Positions 36,945 to 51,640 of a DNA stretch of 64,000 nucleotides are shown here, one piece after another. Numbering within the stretch: position 1 is the stretch's first letter; each line of letters starts with the position of its first letter. The stretch comes from Octopus sinensis (Eukaryota): contig NC_043010.1 of assembly GCF_006345805.1 (NCBI RefSeq), positions 63,860,001-63,924,000 on the forward strand, read 5' to 3'. The notes beneath the pieces are model-generated. The model made no database searches. It saw nothing but the letters and a program-made list of their open reading frames with translations, and was not told where the DNA came from. Position numbers and translations under genes: made by a program.

Positions 36945-39239
36945 TCTGTTTTGACCCCTGGGTACTCTTAAGTGACTGAGACCTGCAATAAAAGGGGCAG
37001 TGGTTCTCTGAATAAAAGGTTCATTGATTAAATACAGCATAAAGTATACATACATGCATGCACAAGAATGTAGGAGTGAGTGACTTCATGTGAATCAGAT
37101 GAGTGGCCTCTTCTCCCCAGAGCTGGCTTACCTCTTGCCACCTCAACTTAAGCCCTTCCGACTCACTTGGCTCTTCTACTCTCATCATCCATGGTGTCCC
37201 CTTCCACCACAGATCCAACATTAACCATTCCACCCAGTCCACAGATCCAGCACTAACGAGTGCACCCAGTCCTTACACCCTAATTGCCTTCCCACTGGAA
37301 TCCTTTCACTGCACGCGTTTTTCTTGCAGCTGTCAACTTGCAACCGTTTAACAGGAACATTCACTGTATCACTCTCACCAGTCCCACATTATCTCTAAAA
37401 GCCATGGGCACTGTCCCTTCAGCCAGACCACATCAATCAAGATATAAGAAAAAAGAAAAATGGTTTCTAACACAGGCATAAAACTGCAAATCGTGGGCAA
37501 AATGTTGGTTAAATTAGTTCTAGTCTATGATTGGTAATTATTTTAATTCTACTCAGAAAGTCATTTGACACCCAGAAAGATGAAAGGCAGAGTCGACTTC
37601 AGCATAACTTAAACTTAGAATGTAATGAGATATAAACTAAATACTGCGAGGAATTTAGTCTGTTGCTGCACAACGATCTCTCTTACACTCTTGTTGTACA
37701 CTGATTGTTCACATTGACACAATGTTGCAATTTCTCTCTCTATTTCCCCCCACTTCTCTCTCTCTCATACACTCTCAATCTCATGTATTTTTATTTTTAT
37801 TCTAATACACAATCTTCCAGAAATTTCTTTTTACGTAACCTACGTATTATTCTTGCATAAATTTACGTTTTTATCATTTTAGAGATTTGAGTTATGTAAT
37901 TCGTATAAACTCTTAAATTGAAAAAAATTATTGCAGAATTTTACTTTTCAGTCATAGAACCATTCATATTATTAATATTAATAAGCTGCAATATGAATGT
38001 AACTTAAATTAATTAGTGTCAAGTCAGGCTTATGCAGGAAAATATTTTATAGAGTAAGTTAGCAGCTGATTAAATGTTATGTTAATGGTGTTTCCATATG
38101 TGACCTCTCCATATGTAGTTAGTTAATAGAAAAGTGTAGTGGAAAAGTGTAATGGTTAGGGTTCTCACGATTGCAAGGTTTTGGTTTCAATTCCCAAACT
38201 GGGTAGTGTGTTATGTTCCTGAGTAAAACATTATATTTCATTTTGCCCTGCAGTCACTTTGACATCTGACTGGTGGCAAACCATGCACTTGTACAAACAA
38301 TGTCAATTTGATGGAAGGGGTTAGCTAAAGTAAAGCACAAACGTTTGATCACCATAAAGAAAACCATCTGAGCAAGTTGTTTGATGAGAAATTGCAGAAC
38401 TGTCTTTCTCAAACTTGAGAAATATAATACATAGTTTTCTATAATATATAATATATTGTTTTCTATCAGTGTAAGGCCAGAAATTTGCTCAACTGGAATT
38501 ATCTTCTCAACTCTGAAAGGATAAAAAGCAAAAACAAACCCAGCAGAATTTAAAGAAGGAAGACATGCTGATAAGAATTTTATCTGGTGTGTTAACGATT
38601 CAGCCATCTCACCTCACCACAATTGTATAACATCAAAGAAAGACTGCGTGTAACTTTCTCATTGTGATTCCTGTCAGAAAATATCCTTCAAATTGTGCTG
38701 ACAATGCAATATTTTTAGTGGTTTAATATATTTTTTTTAGTTTCACAAGCAATTCTCAAAACTTGCTGTTTGGATGATTTGAAAAATAATGAAAAAATTT
38801 AACACAGACACAAAATAATAACAACTAAAGACCCTTTCAACATATGAGGGGCACAGTTTGTTGCCGTAGCAAGTTCCAGTCATTATGGTTCTTGATGATA
38901 CACTTTCAGTTAACCCCCAAACATCTACAACACCCCAGAACACCACCATTACTACTACTACTCTAACACAGTTTTTGTTACTATGCATTCAGTGAACACC
39001 AAACACCTAGACATTTCTGCAACACCCACGATCAACTCTACAATACCGTCATAGCAACAATATCTTTTCCTAGCCTAAATAAACAATAATACCACACATG
39101 CACACACACACACACACAAAGCGAAAGCAGCAGTTGTTCCTTTGAGACCACACTGCCTACTTCCACTATGGCCACCATCAGAGACTACAGAGATACAGGA
39201 ACTGAGTGGACAGTGGAGAGAGAGATAGAGAGCTATAGC

Positions 39240-40930
39240 TCAAATGACTAGGAATAGAATTAAACAAGGTGAGATGCAGTTTGGCCTTGTTCCTGAGAGA
39301 AGTACCACAAATACCATCTTCCTAGTGAGACAGTTGCAAGAAAAGTATTTAGCCAAAAGTAAACTATTGTACTTAGCTTTCATCAACCTAGAGAAAGCTT
39401 TCAACAGGCTTCCACCGCTCTCTTATCTTGTGGTCTCTAAGGAAGCTAGGAATAGAGGAGTGGCTTGTTGAAGTCATTCAAGCCATGTACAGCAATGCTG
39501 TCAGTAAGGTGAGTGTCGGCCTTGAATAGAGTGATGAATTTAGCATACAAGTTGGAGTTCACCAGGGATCAGTTCTTAGTCCACTCTTATTCATCACAGT
39601 TCTCCAAGCCATAACAGAGGAATTCAAAACTGGATGCCCATGGGAACTACTGTATGCTGATGATCTTGTTCTTATTGCAGAATCTGAAGCAGAATAGAAG
39701 TTCTGGGTCTGGAAGCAAATCTGGTATCAAAGGGCCTTAAAGTTAACTTAGCAAAGTCCTAAAGTGGTTGTTGGCAAGAAAGCAGATAAGACTCCCCTTC
39801 CATCAGGTAAATGGCCCTGCTCAATATGTAGGAAAGGAGTGGGGTGTAATTCCATTTGCTGCATCAAGTGTAAGGTATGGACACATAAGAGATGCAGTGG
39901 AATTGTAGGCGTAGGAGTGGCTGTGTGGTAAGTAGCTTGCTTACGAACCACGTGGTTCTGGGTTCAGTCCCACTGCGTGGCACCTTGGGCAAGTGTCTTC
40001 TACTATAGCCTCGGACCGACCAAAGCCTTGTGAATGGATTTGGTAGACAGAAACTGAAAGAAGCCCGTTGTATATATGTATATATGTGTATATGTATGTG
40101 TATGTATATATGTTCGTGTGTCTGTGTTTCCCCCCCCCCCCCCACATCGCTTGACAACCGATGCTAGTGTGTTTATGTCCCCGTAACTTAGCGGTTCGGC
40201 AAAACAGACCGATAGAATAGGTAATAGGCTTACAAAAAAATAAGTCCTGGGGTCGATTTGCTTGACTAAAGGTGGTGCTCCAGCATGGCCACAGTCAAAT
40301 GACTGAAGCAAGTAAAAAAAAAAAAAAGTAAAAAAGTAGGTTAACAGATAAGGCCACTTTTGTGTATGGCAGATGCACTGGAACAAGAGGCACGAGGAGC
40401 TGAGGAGGCTCTCTTGAGGTAGTAGATAGTTTCTGCTGCTTAGGTGACCAAATTAGTAAAGGTGGTAAATGTTTTGAAAGTGTTGTTTCAAGGATAAGAA
40501 TAGGATGGAGGAAGTTCAGCAAGCTATTACCTCTGTTGGCAACAAAAGGACTCTCTCTCAGAGTGAATGGTAGATTGTATGATGCCTGAGTGAGAACAGC
40601 TGTATTACATGGAAGTGAGACATGGGCTCCGACTGCAGAGGATGTGTGTAGACTGGAGAGGAATGAAGGTAGTTGGATTTGCAACATCAGTGTTGAGAGA
40701 AAAGTTAAGCATAAGAGGGATTAAACGTGGCATGGAGGAGAGAGGAATGCATTGGTTTGGACACGTGATGCGTATGTATGAAGACAGCTGAATAAAGAAG
40801 TGCCGGTCACTGAAAGTGGATAGTACTTGTGGAAGAGGGAGACTCAGGAAGACATGGGATGAAGTGGTGAGAACTAATCTTAGGATGCTGGGGCCCATGG
40901 AAGAAATTACAATGGACTGAGATGCTTGGC
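39240..40930 (+). mobile_element. RTE-clade LINE remnant interrupted by a family A SINE (39908-40335)
   Basis: 'QFGLVPERSTTNTIFLVRQLQEKY...AFINLEKAF' and 'GVHQGSVLSPLLF...LLYADDL'; C-terminal 'WFGHVMRM'. Confidence 0.85.
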
Positions 40931-42319
40931 GATATGGGATTCTAGAGAAGCCCTGCCCATGTCAGCGAAACTGAGTGCTAGCAGAGTTGTGTCTCACCCA
41001 CGTGTAACAAACTTTTCACACATCAACATCTCTTCTAAACAGCATCTTTCTCCCTCACAATTTTTCTTCATAAACTATGATTGTCTTTCAATCCCCTTTC
41101 CTTCTCTTGTTGCACTCCACCCAGGTTTTCACCAGTCACTGCAATCCCCACTCTGTACTTGTGCCTACTTGGCAACACCTGACCATCTTCATACCTGTCT
41201 TTTCTTTACCATCCCATCTATGCTCTGATCCTTGCTACTTGTGAGTATACCCTGGCATTTCACCATCTCTCTCTTACACTTTTGCTGTTACCTACCCTCT
41301 CTTTCTTTCCCTCACTCTTCCCTCTGGCTGGGTAGTCACATATCTCCTCTACAGCAGCACACCTAGTTCTGCCCTCACTCTCTCTCTCTCTCCCACTGTA
41401 CCTCTTCTATAGCAAGACACCTATTTCTGCCTCTCTATTTCTCTGTTACAAGTACCAAATCCATTCTGCAGAGCGGTTGGTGTTAGGGAGAACATCCAGT
41501 CATAAAACAGACACAATAGCCTAGGGTAGTTTTTCTACCTGGTTGGCTCCTGTCAACCATCCGACCCATGCATGCATTGAAGATGGACATTAAACAATGA
41601 TGATGATGATATACACATTTTTTTTTACTTGTTTCTATCATTTGATTCTGGCCATGCTGGGGCACTGCCTTCAGAAATTTTAGTTGGATGAATAGATCCC
41701 AGTCCATATCTTTTTTTTTTTGAAGCCTGGTACTTAGTCTATCAATCTATTTTGTCAAACTGCTAAGTTATGGGGACATAAACACACCAGCACCAATTAC
41801 TAGGCCAGTGGTGGGAGACAAACAGAGTCAGAAACACACACACACTCACACACGATGGGCTCCTTTCAGTTTCCGTCAATCCAAATCTACTCACAAGTCT
41901 TTGATCAGCGCAAAGCCACAGTGGAAGACACTAGCCCAAAGTGCCACGAGGCTGGGAAGCAAGCTTCTTGACCTACAGCCATGTCTGCACCTGTGCCACA
42001 CCTGCAGCCAGTGGCAGACTGGGTCTAAAAATACTGGTTGCCAGGAGACTAAGGGGGCCCACCCACAACTACAATGCTATCATTTAATTCTCTTTTTTGT
42101 TAAAAGTATTCTTTTCAGTTGTCTGCAGACACAGCCAGGCTGAAATAATTAACGCATTCTTCCAGGAGTGAATAAAACATTCTCAAACTTGAGGGAATGG
42201 GACCCTTAGATACTAACATGGGGCCCCATATAAGGATTCTAATGGTGTAGGGGCCCACTTGCCATTGAGCAAGATGGCAACCTGGCCAGTCCGTCACTGC
42301 CTGCAGCTGTTAATATATA

Positions 42320-42391
<72 letters not shown>

Positions 42392-42536
42392 TATATATAT
42401 ATATATGTATGTATGTATGTATGTGTGTGTGTGTGTCTATACTCACGGTAAGTTTTGTACAATATCCATCTTCCAAATTCACTTACAAGGCATTCATTGA
42501 AATAACAAACACACACGTATAAGTACATAGCCCATT

Positions 42537-43430
42537 CAAAAGTACCTTGGATTGTAGGGCAACCTGCTCTGCTTGAGGAGACCTATTGAGTCAAGTACAT
42601 CAACATCAAAATGAAAATCAAATGGAAATTGTAGTTGTGATACCTGTGCCGGTGGCACGTAAAAAGCACCATCTGAACATGGCAGATGCCAGTGCTGCCT
42701 TGACTGGCTTCTGTGCCGGTGGCATGTAAAAAGCACCAACCGATAGTGGCTGTTGCCAGCCTCCTCTGGTCCCTGTACCGGTGGCATGTAAAAAACACCT
42801 ACTACACTCACAGAGTGGTTGGCATTAGAAAGGGCATCCAGTTGTAGAAACACTGCCAGATCAGACTGGAGCCTGGTGCAGCCTCCTGGCTTCCCAGACC
42901 CGGTCAAACCGTCCAACCCATGCTAGCATGGAAAACGGACATTAAATGATGATATATATGCACATGTATGTATATGTGTACATATATATATTTATATATC
43001 ATCATCATCATCATCATTTAGCATCCGCTTTCCATGCTAGCATGGGTTGGACGGTTCAACTGGGGTCTGGGAAGCCAGAAGTCTGCACCAGGCCCAGTCT
43101 GATCTGGCAATGTTTCTACAACTGGATGCCCTTCCTAATGCCAACCACTCTGTGAGTGTAGTAGGTGTTTTTTACATGCCACCGGCACAGGTGCCAGACG
43201 GGGCTGGCAAATGGCCACAGTCGGATGGTGCTTTTTACATGCCACCAGCACGGGGGCCGGGCAAGGCTGGCAATGGCTACGATCGAATGGTGCTTTTTAC
43301 GTGCCACCGGCACGGAGGCTAGTCGGGGTGGCGCTGGCAACGGCCACGATTGGATGGTTTGCTTACGTGCCATTGGCACTGGTATCACAGCTGCAATTTC
43401 CATTGATGTTGATCGACTTCGATTTTGGTG
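42537..43430. repeat. Tail-to-tail inverted pair of repeat family C ((GAT)n tail, internal GTGCTTTTTACGTGCCACCGGC repeats)
   Basis: 42537-42953(+) and 43000-43430(-). Other copies at about 21838-22130, 24630-24905, 34675-34910, 43745-44155, 45085-45240 and 58270-58685. Confidence 0.85.
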
Positions 43431-44200
43431 CTGAATGTTTCTGTCTGTTTGTGCCTTCTTGTCTTGAAAGCAAGTAATTGTTATAAATGAATGCCATTCA
43501 TTCCAAATGTTTTTTTTGTAAACATGCCTGACCATGAGGAAATACTGCCATGCTTGGAAACAAGTGAAGGTTGGCAACAGGAAGGACATGTGGTTGTGGA
43601 AAATCTGCCTGACCCACAAAAACATAGAAAAGTGAACGTTACAAAACGATGGTGATTATGAAGGCAATGTATATATATATATATATCTGCATACACATAC
43701 TTATATTCATAAATACATATAAATATATGTATGCAAGTGTGTATCATCATCATCGTTTAAGGTCTGCTTTCCATGCTTGCATGGGTTGGACGATTTGACT
43801 GAGGTCTGGCGAACCAGATGGCTGCACCAGACTCTAATCTGATCTGGCAGAGTTTCTACAGCTGGATGCCCTTCCTAACGCCAATCACTCCGAGAGTGTA
43901 GTGGGTGCTTTTACATGCGACCTGCAGAGGAGCCAGTCCAGCGGCACTGCCAACGACCTCGCTCGAATGTTTTTTCATGTGCCACCAGCACAAATGCCAG
44001 TAAGGCGATGCAGGTAACAATCACGCTCGAAAGGTGCTTTTTACGTGCCACCGGAATGGAGGCCAGTTAGCCGCTCTGGCAATGATCACACTCGTATGGT
44101 ACTCTTAGCGCTCCACTTGCACAGATGCCAGTCATCGAATCTGATTTCGATTTCAAATATATATATATTATATATATATATATAATATATATATATATAT

Positions 44201-44234
<34 letters not shown>

Positions 44235-45052
44235 ATGTGTGTGTGCATGCATGTCTGTGTGCTTGTTTATATTTGCATTTTTCTGAGAATTACTAAGCTA
44301 GAAACAGTAATGTTGATGTCATATGCCCTGTCAACAAACCATTTGCTGAATCTGTGCTTTCAAAGACATACAATAAGAGACCCCTGATGCAAAAATCAAA
44401 CACAAAGTAGGCGCAGGAGTGGTAAGTAGCTTGCTTACCAACCACATGGTTCCAGGTTCAGTCACACTGCGTGGCACCTTGGGCAAGTGTCTTCTACTAT
44501 AGCCTCGGGCCGACCAAAACCTTGTAAGTGGATTGGGTTGACGGAAACTAAAAGAAGCCTGTCGTATATATGTATATGTATATATATATGTATGTGTGTC
44601 TGTGTTTGTTCCCCGCCCAACATTGCTTGACAACCGATGCTGGTGTGTTTATGTCCCTGTAACTTAGCGGTTCGGCAAAAGAGACCGACAGAATAAGTAC
44701 CAGGCTTGCAAAGAATATGTCCTGGGGTCGATTTGGTCGACTTAGGCAGTGCTCCAGCATGGCCGCAGTCAAATGACTGAAACAAGTAAAAGAGTACAGG
44801 TCAGTGACTAAAAGGATACCTGTCTATTAAATATTAATGAAAGTGATTAAAAGTGGGGGTTTTTTTGTTTCATTTTCTGTGTGTGTTCTTAAATGAAACT
44901 CCTGCTCAGGGATGCAACTATTTCAGGTCTAACATCCAGTCTCAGATCATGTTACTTGACAAACAAGAACAATTTTGATATTTATATATGTGTGTGTGTG
45001 TGGGTTTGTAGACATGTATTTATATATATGTATGTATAAAAGTATGTATGTA

Positions 45053-45084
<32 letters not shown>

Positions 45085-45530
45085 CTCTCGGAGTGGTTGG
45101 CGTTAGGAAGGGCATCCAGCTGTAGAAACACTGCCAGATCTGACTGGCCTGGTGCAGCCTTCGGGCTCCCCAGACCCCAGTTGAACCGTCCAACCCATGC
45201 TAGCATGGAAAGCGGACGTTAAACGACGATGATGATGATGATACATATTTATATATCTATATATATACAATATTATTTTATGTATAGCACACACACACAT
45301 GCATACATAGACCCACCTACTCACACACACACATGCATACACACTAAATTTTTGAATAGTTTCCATGTTTCCATCAGGCAAATTCCATTCACAAGGTACA
45401 AAATAATCCAACAAAACTAGTGGTGGTGGAACACATTGGCAAAGGAAGAAAATTGTACAGAAAAGTTTGTGTTTTTTTGGATAAGTTGAGATATGCTACA
45501 GCAGGTTCTCTGTGGTTTGTAGTGGATTAA

Positions 45531-46002
45531 CTCTTTCGTTACTGTATTTATTTTGAGATGCTCTGTGTTTCTTTCAATTAATTTTAGATATAACAAAGAA
45601 TTTAGTAGAATAATTTGGTTATCATTAAGCTAGTGTTAGGAACATAAATTGTGACTAAGGTTTCGAGGAAGATTTTAATTCAAAACTTATGAAAACAAGA
45701 CATTTGTACTTCAGAGCCAGAGCCGGTTTCAGCCAGGTTGGTATCAAAAGGGTTAAGAATTGTTTCTCTATTATATATTTTAGCCCATTCGTTACTGTAT
45801 TTATTTTGAGATGCTCTGTGTTTCTTTCAATTACTTTAAATATAACCAGAATTTAGTAAAATAACTTAGTTATCATTAAGCTAGTGTTAGGAACATAAAT
45901 TGTGACTAAGGTTTGGTGGAAGATTTTAATTAAAAACTTATGAAAACATGACATTTGTACTCAGAGCCAGAGCCGGTTTCAGCCGGGTTGGTAACATAAA
46001 GG
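45531..46002. mobile_element. Two tandem piggyBac-type MITEs (45531-45752, 45784-46002)
   Basis: TTAA|CTCTTTCGTTAC...GTATCAAAAGGG|TTAA and TTAG|CCCATTCGTTAC...GTAACATAAAGG|TTAA. Confidence 0.75.
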
Positions 46003-48423
46003 TTAAGCAATTTTCAAAATCACTGTGGAACCCACACATACATTTTATAAAACAGTTCTTACCTCTAATTTTAGTAATACATTGCTTGAAACAAAAAGTG
46101 AGTGAGAAAAATTATTCATATTACCCACCCCCACCACCACCACCACCCTGTACCTCCTCCTCAAAGTATATTAATTAATAAGATTTTTTCTGTAAAATGA
46201 ACTTTCAGTATAAGACATTATTAAGGTGGTGAGTTCCAGAATCATTACTGCACCAGGAAAGATGCTCAGTGACATTTCTTCTAATTTTACATTCTGAGTT
46301 CAAATGCCACCAGGGTCGACTTTGCATTTTATCCATTCAGGGTCAATAAAATAGGTATCTGTTGAGCAGTGGGATTGATTTAATCAACTTAGCCCATATT
46401 CGAAATTGCAGGCCTTGTGCCAAAATTTGAAACCAATGTAAGACACCTTAACTCACAGAACCCCTGGATATCTTCATAGGATCCTAGGGTCCATGGCATC
46501 TACTAAGGAAAAGAGACATCCAGGGCTGAGTGGTAGTTTCTTTTATCTAAGAGAGAGAGAGGTAGGAAGGAGGCAGAGAGGGAGAGAGAGAGTAACAACA
46601 ATGACTCTTTTTTTTTTCTCCAAGATGAAGGGTCTTTTTGGAAACATGCAATTCCTCTTCTCACTGTAATGTGAGAAAAAAAAATTCATTTTTTTCAACA
46701 ATTTTCATGTTTTTCCAGTATTACACATGCCATTAAACCAAATGATTATGGAATTCTTAAGAAGAAAATGAAACTCATCCTCAAACTTCATACCAAAAAT
46801 CAACATCGCTTTGGTTTGGGGATGATTAAAAAAGCGAAAAACTATTTTATTTATTATGAATAACCAAACTTTTTTTCTAAAGTGATTTATTAATCCCTTC
46901 CAGACAGATTTAGTACTGACAGTTTGTGCTGCGTGCTGGTATAAGGCTGTTCAGTAACTGCATAATTTTTCAGACAAGGAATTTTACAGACTATTTACAG
47001 ATTTTTCTCAGTGTGGTATATCTGAAAACATGATGTTGCTCAGAGCGAGCTATTGCACTGCTCACACACACATAGTGTTCTGATGTGGTCAGTACTGCTT
47101 CCTGTCTGCAAGGGGGTATTTTATATTCTTGTAAATGTTACTGAATTTCTAAGAGTTTCAACAGCACTATGCATTTGTGTATGTGTACCGTAAGAAGTCA
47201 GGAGGTATGAGAGGTGAATGTATTTATTTAACCACTTGTCATCCTGAGTATGAGGCCCATTTCGCAGACTCCATCATGTAATAATAATTTCACTATAATA
47301 AATTATGTTTACATGTCTGTACCAATATGCATACTATGTATTATACAATTGTATATTCATAAAACAAGACAGATCAAGAAAGCCAGCTTATCAGATCCCC
47401 AGAACATCATGGTTACACTAAAGCTTCAACCCCTAAGTACACATACAAAGTTTTCTCTTTATGGTTTATATACTTCTCATGAAATATTTCCATTGGTTGC
47501 ATCTCCTGGACTTTAGCTACATGGTACTCAGCTGCATTATACTCCTCTGCAGTGGATTACGATGTGGTCTGTTAGCCGAGTCCGCTAGAAGAGCTTTCTA
47601 TGATAGCCGCACCACTTTATGAATTAATATATATGAGTACAAATACAGACACATACATATATATGTTTATATATAAAACAAGCAACATGTTAATGCCGGT
47701 TCAATTGACCTACGAACAAATTGTAGTAGTAGTAGTAGTAATAGTAGTAGTAGCAGTAGTAGTAGTGCATCTAGGACTACATGACCTAATGCTGTTAGTG
47801 TCCGAACCTGATTCAGCAGATCAATGACAAAAAAGATATTCTCACCGTGACCGTCCTGTTTTTATTCTGACATGATGTACCGAAGATAACAATATCTGAT
47901 TTCTGAGTTGTTACGTGCCGCATATCAGCTCGGATCCAGAGGTATGACCAAAACTGTTGTAGCTGCGACCATCTCATGTTTTACTCCGGCGTAATGTACC
48001 TAGAACTGCATTGCCGCACTTCAGCCCCGGTTCAGTAAACCCTATGATGAAAGACCAGTTTTTTTATTTATTTTTTTTTATTTAAATAGCGTTTCTAGGG
48101 CCACATTACCCAGTCTGTCCTTTTGTTAAGACAGTAAGGTTTAGCTTGAGGAAGATTCTGCTGCTGTTTCTAACAGTGCAAGTCACCTTGTAGATCGTCT
48201 GCACCTCTCCACTAAAGTGTAAACACTCAAGAAACATTGCAAAATAAACATTAAACAGATTCTATAAAATACACAAGAAAGAAATCGCTGGAAACAAAGA
48301 AAGAAATCGCTGGAAACAGAGAAAGTAACGAAGAGAAACCACCTGATCAATGTCTGGAAATGTTTGCTAAACAACGGTGTAATGGTTATGATTTAACTAT
48401 AAATACATAAAGTTTCACCTCAC

Positions 48424-48500
48424 CTTAGCTGCGATGGTTAAAAACCCGGTGTGACGGAACTGTAAACAGTATTTTATGAAGTTTTACTGTTACTTCGACT
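48424..48500 (-). other. UROS: Candidate non-coding first exon of UROS
   Basis: The acceptor at 36982 requires an upstream exon. A strong donor AAG|GTGAGG lies at 48424/48423 in a locally CpG-richer, repeat-free stretch. The 5' limit is a guess. Confidence 0.45.
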
Positions 48501-49535
48501 TCCTTCTTTTGTTTCTCTGCCTCTCTACAAACACTGCAAATATTCTGCTTCCATCTAATTATTTATCTCTCTTTTCCCCACCTCTTTAATTGCTTCTAAA
48601 CTTTTCTTTTCCTCTGTTCTCTTCTTTCTTTCCTTTAAGTGCTATTTATACACCTGCCTCTCTCTCTCTCTGATTTACTATTCATATGCCTGTTCCGTTT
48701 TGCTCTCTCTCTCTCTTCTCTAATTGTTATGGTCTGTATTCTTATTTCCTCCTCTTTCGCACCTATCACGAAATACCTTGTCCCTCCCTTTTTCTTGCTA
48801 TTTGTTCATTGGGCGCTTCTCTTACTTTCGTTGATCATTACCGTATTTAACAGCATTTTATTCATCAACCCTACAAGCGGTAGACTATTTTAATCGAACA
48901 GAAGTTAATTTTGCCCAATGGTTTATCCATATTTTCTTAATCTACTTTGTTTTTAGATATTTGCATTAACTAATAACCGAAGAACGATCTTTTGATATCA
49001 TAATCGAGATAAATAACTTATATTGAAAACGTGCTTAAAATACAAGTGTTTCACTTGTTTTAAATATTTTATTTCGAAGAAAATTCACGCCTCTTCTAGA
49101 CATCGAATATCATCAGAGTCCCCCCACCCCGCCAGATATTTGTCCCCACCCTTCGCGATCTTATAATGTCCGAAAGAGATTTGTTTACCCCGGTTAAGAA
49201 CTAGGTGGAAAGTTGGTTGAATCGTTAGTAGATGGGACAAAATGCTTAGTGATATTACTTCCGTCTGAGTTCAAATTCCGTCGACTTTGCCTTTCATCAT
49301 TTCTGAGTCAATAAAATAAGTACTAGCTGAGCAGTGGGATCGATGTAACCGACTACCTCATGTCTATAGTAGAAAGAGGAGAAAAAAATAAAAAAATTCT
49401 CTTTCTCCTCCTCCTGTTCATCCTATCTCTCCAATGACTTGATTACAAAAGCGGAAGGTGTTTTTCTTTCTCTCGCTACAGCCAAATGATTGACGTCTGA
49501 AGAATTCAAGATCAAGAATCCAGGAACTATTAAGA

Positions 49536-49552
49536 ATGGCAACTTCTACAGA
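49536..49552 (+). CDS. CARD + death-domain paralogue 3, coding exon 1 (MATST-E)
   Basis: AGAATGGC start context and ACAGA|GTGAGT phase-2 donor, matching the phase-2 acceptor at 59471. CRE-like TGACGT and GCGGAAG motifs lie upstream. Confidence 0.7.
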
Positions 49553-51006
49553 GTGAGTACACAGTATAGGATGTTTTCAGTCCTTTTTTAGATGTGCTTC
49601 TTGTAAACTGATACTGCAATCAGCGCCTCGTGAACGGTGAGCTCGACTAGTTACTAGAATACATCAGAAAAATTATAGAAATAATATTTTTTTTTCTTTT
49701 TATAAGGAAATTGCCGAAGAAAGACTTTTAATTTTCATGTACGGTTATCGGAAGAAAGTCGAGATTTTTTTGGCAAAATCGTAATCTCTTAATTAGAAAA
49801 CACTGAAATCAGAGGAAATTTTTTTAATAAAATGACAAAGGCGGAAGTAAACAGGTTTTTGTTTAACTAAAAGAGTGGTACTTTGTTGGGATTCCAATAA
49901 AAAAATTTTCGTACATAATCGTACGAGATACAATGCGTAGGATACAAAAATACCATAGGATAACAGAAAAAGTTATGACGGGTTAAAATGATGAGCTTCG
50001 ATGTTTTGACTAGCAAATATACATAGGCAAATTATATACTTATAAACACAAAAGTAGGATCTTTTCCTTTTCATGGGCAGCGCGATTAATTAATTTTCTT
50101 TAACTAAACACTTCTTTAACTAAACACTTTGAAACTTCGTATACTTACTCTTTACTCTTTTACTTGTTTCAGTCATTTGACTGCGGCCATGCTGGAGCAC
50201 CGCCTCTAGTCGAGCAAATCGACCCCGGGACTTATTCTTTGTAAGCCCAGTTTTTCTGGTTAGGGTTTTAGGGTTAGGGTTTCGGAAATTGGAGGAAGGG
50301 GGGGGGGCAAAAAGTTCAAATTTCCGATTTTTGGCAATTTTCCGGAATCTCCGTATCCAAAAAGCTGGGATTTTGGCAAAAAAAAAATCAATAATTTGCG
50401 AGAAAATGGGGGGTGCGGGTGGGGTGGAGGAAGTCCTTCCGAAAATAGCTGGAAAACAGGTAAAAAAAAAAACAACCTAAAAGCAGTAGAAATGCACGAA
50501 CGATTATGGTGGTGTCAGGAAGTAAACGTGTTTCAGGTACACTCCTTTGTTCATACGAACGTAATTGAGATGAAATATGTCATAAATAACAGTGACAAAC
50601 AAAATATAGGCCGAAGAAAGACTGTTACTTTTCCTATACAGCTATCGAAAAAATGTCAAAGCATTTTTTTGCTTTAAATCATTGTTTAAAATACGCAACA
50701 GTCCGAACTGGTCAACCTGCAAGTCAAAACAAAAGATGGGTCTCGAAGGAATTTTTTGTTTAAAATTCAGCAATGGGTCATTAAATGTGTTTATGGGGAG
50801 AAGTGACTAAGAAATGAGGAAGGTATCAGGTGGTCGTGTGATGGGCTAAAAATAACAGCTAAATCGCCCTTAAACCACACAATTCAAAAATAATAATAAT
50901 GATAATTAATTCTTTTTATTGGCCCCAAGGGCTGACACACATGATTAGAAAACATAAAGGGACAAAACTTTGGATGATCATAACTTTGATACTACTAGCG
51001 AAAAGT

Positions 51007-51640
51007 GGTCCCGGTGCGCGCACTCGCGCTAGCTACTCGTGACTAGTCGATCCTACAACGTCTACGTAGCAAAGTAAGTAAAACATAAAATAAATAATTT
51101 TTTTACACAAAGTAAATGATTTTTGTTAAACAAAGGCGCAGCAGTGGCTGTGTGGTAAGTAGCTTGCTTACCAACCACATGGTTCCGGGTTCAGTCCCAC
51201 TGCGTGGCACCTTGGGCAAGTGTCTTCTACTATAGCCCCGGGCCGACCAAAGCCTTGTGAGTGGATTTGGTAGACGGAAACTGAAAAGAAGCCCGTCGTA
51301 TATATGTATATATATATATATGCGTGTGTGTGTTTGTGTTTGTCCCCCTAGCATTGCTTGACAACCGATGCTGGTGTGTTTATGTTCCCGTTACTTAGCG
51401 GGTCGGCAAGAGAGACCGATGGAATAAGTACTGGGCTTACAAAAAGAACAAGTCCCGGGGTCGAGTTGCTCGATTAAAGGCGGTGCTCCAGCATGGCCGC
51501 CGTCAAATGACTGAAACAAGTAAAAGAGTAAAGTAAGTAAAACACAAAAACAAAGTAAGTAACACAAAAACACAAAGTAAGGGTCGACTAGCCATGGCTA
51601 ACTGGCGCGAGTACGCGAGAGCGCGCACCGGGACCATCGA
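51007..51640. mobile_element. Foldback MITE related to 4188-4452, with a family A SINE inserted (51135-51535)
   Basis: Inverted TGGTCCCGGTGCGCGC...GCGCGCACCGGGACCA; same CAAAGTAA-type internal repeats. Confidence 0.7.

Noticed and set aside
47027-47086. C/D snoRNA-like ATGATGT...CTGA
   Set aside because: Imperfect C box, only a 3-bp stem, no recognisable guide, and antisense to the presumed host.
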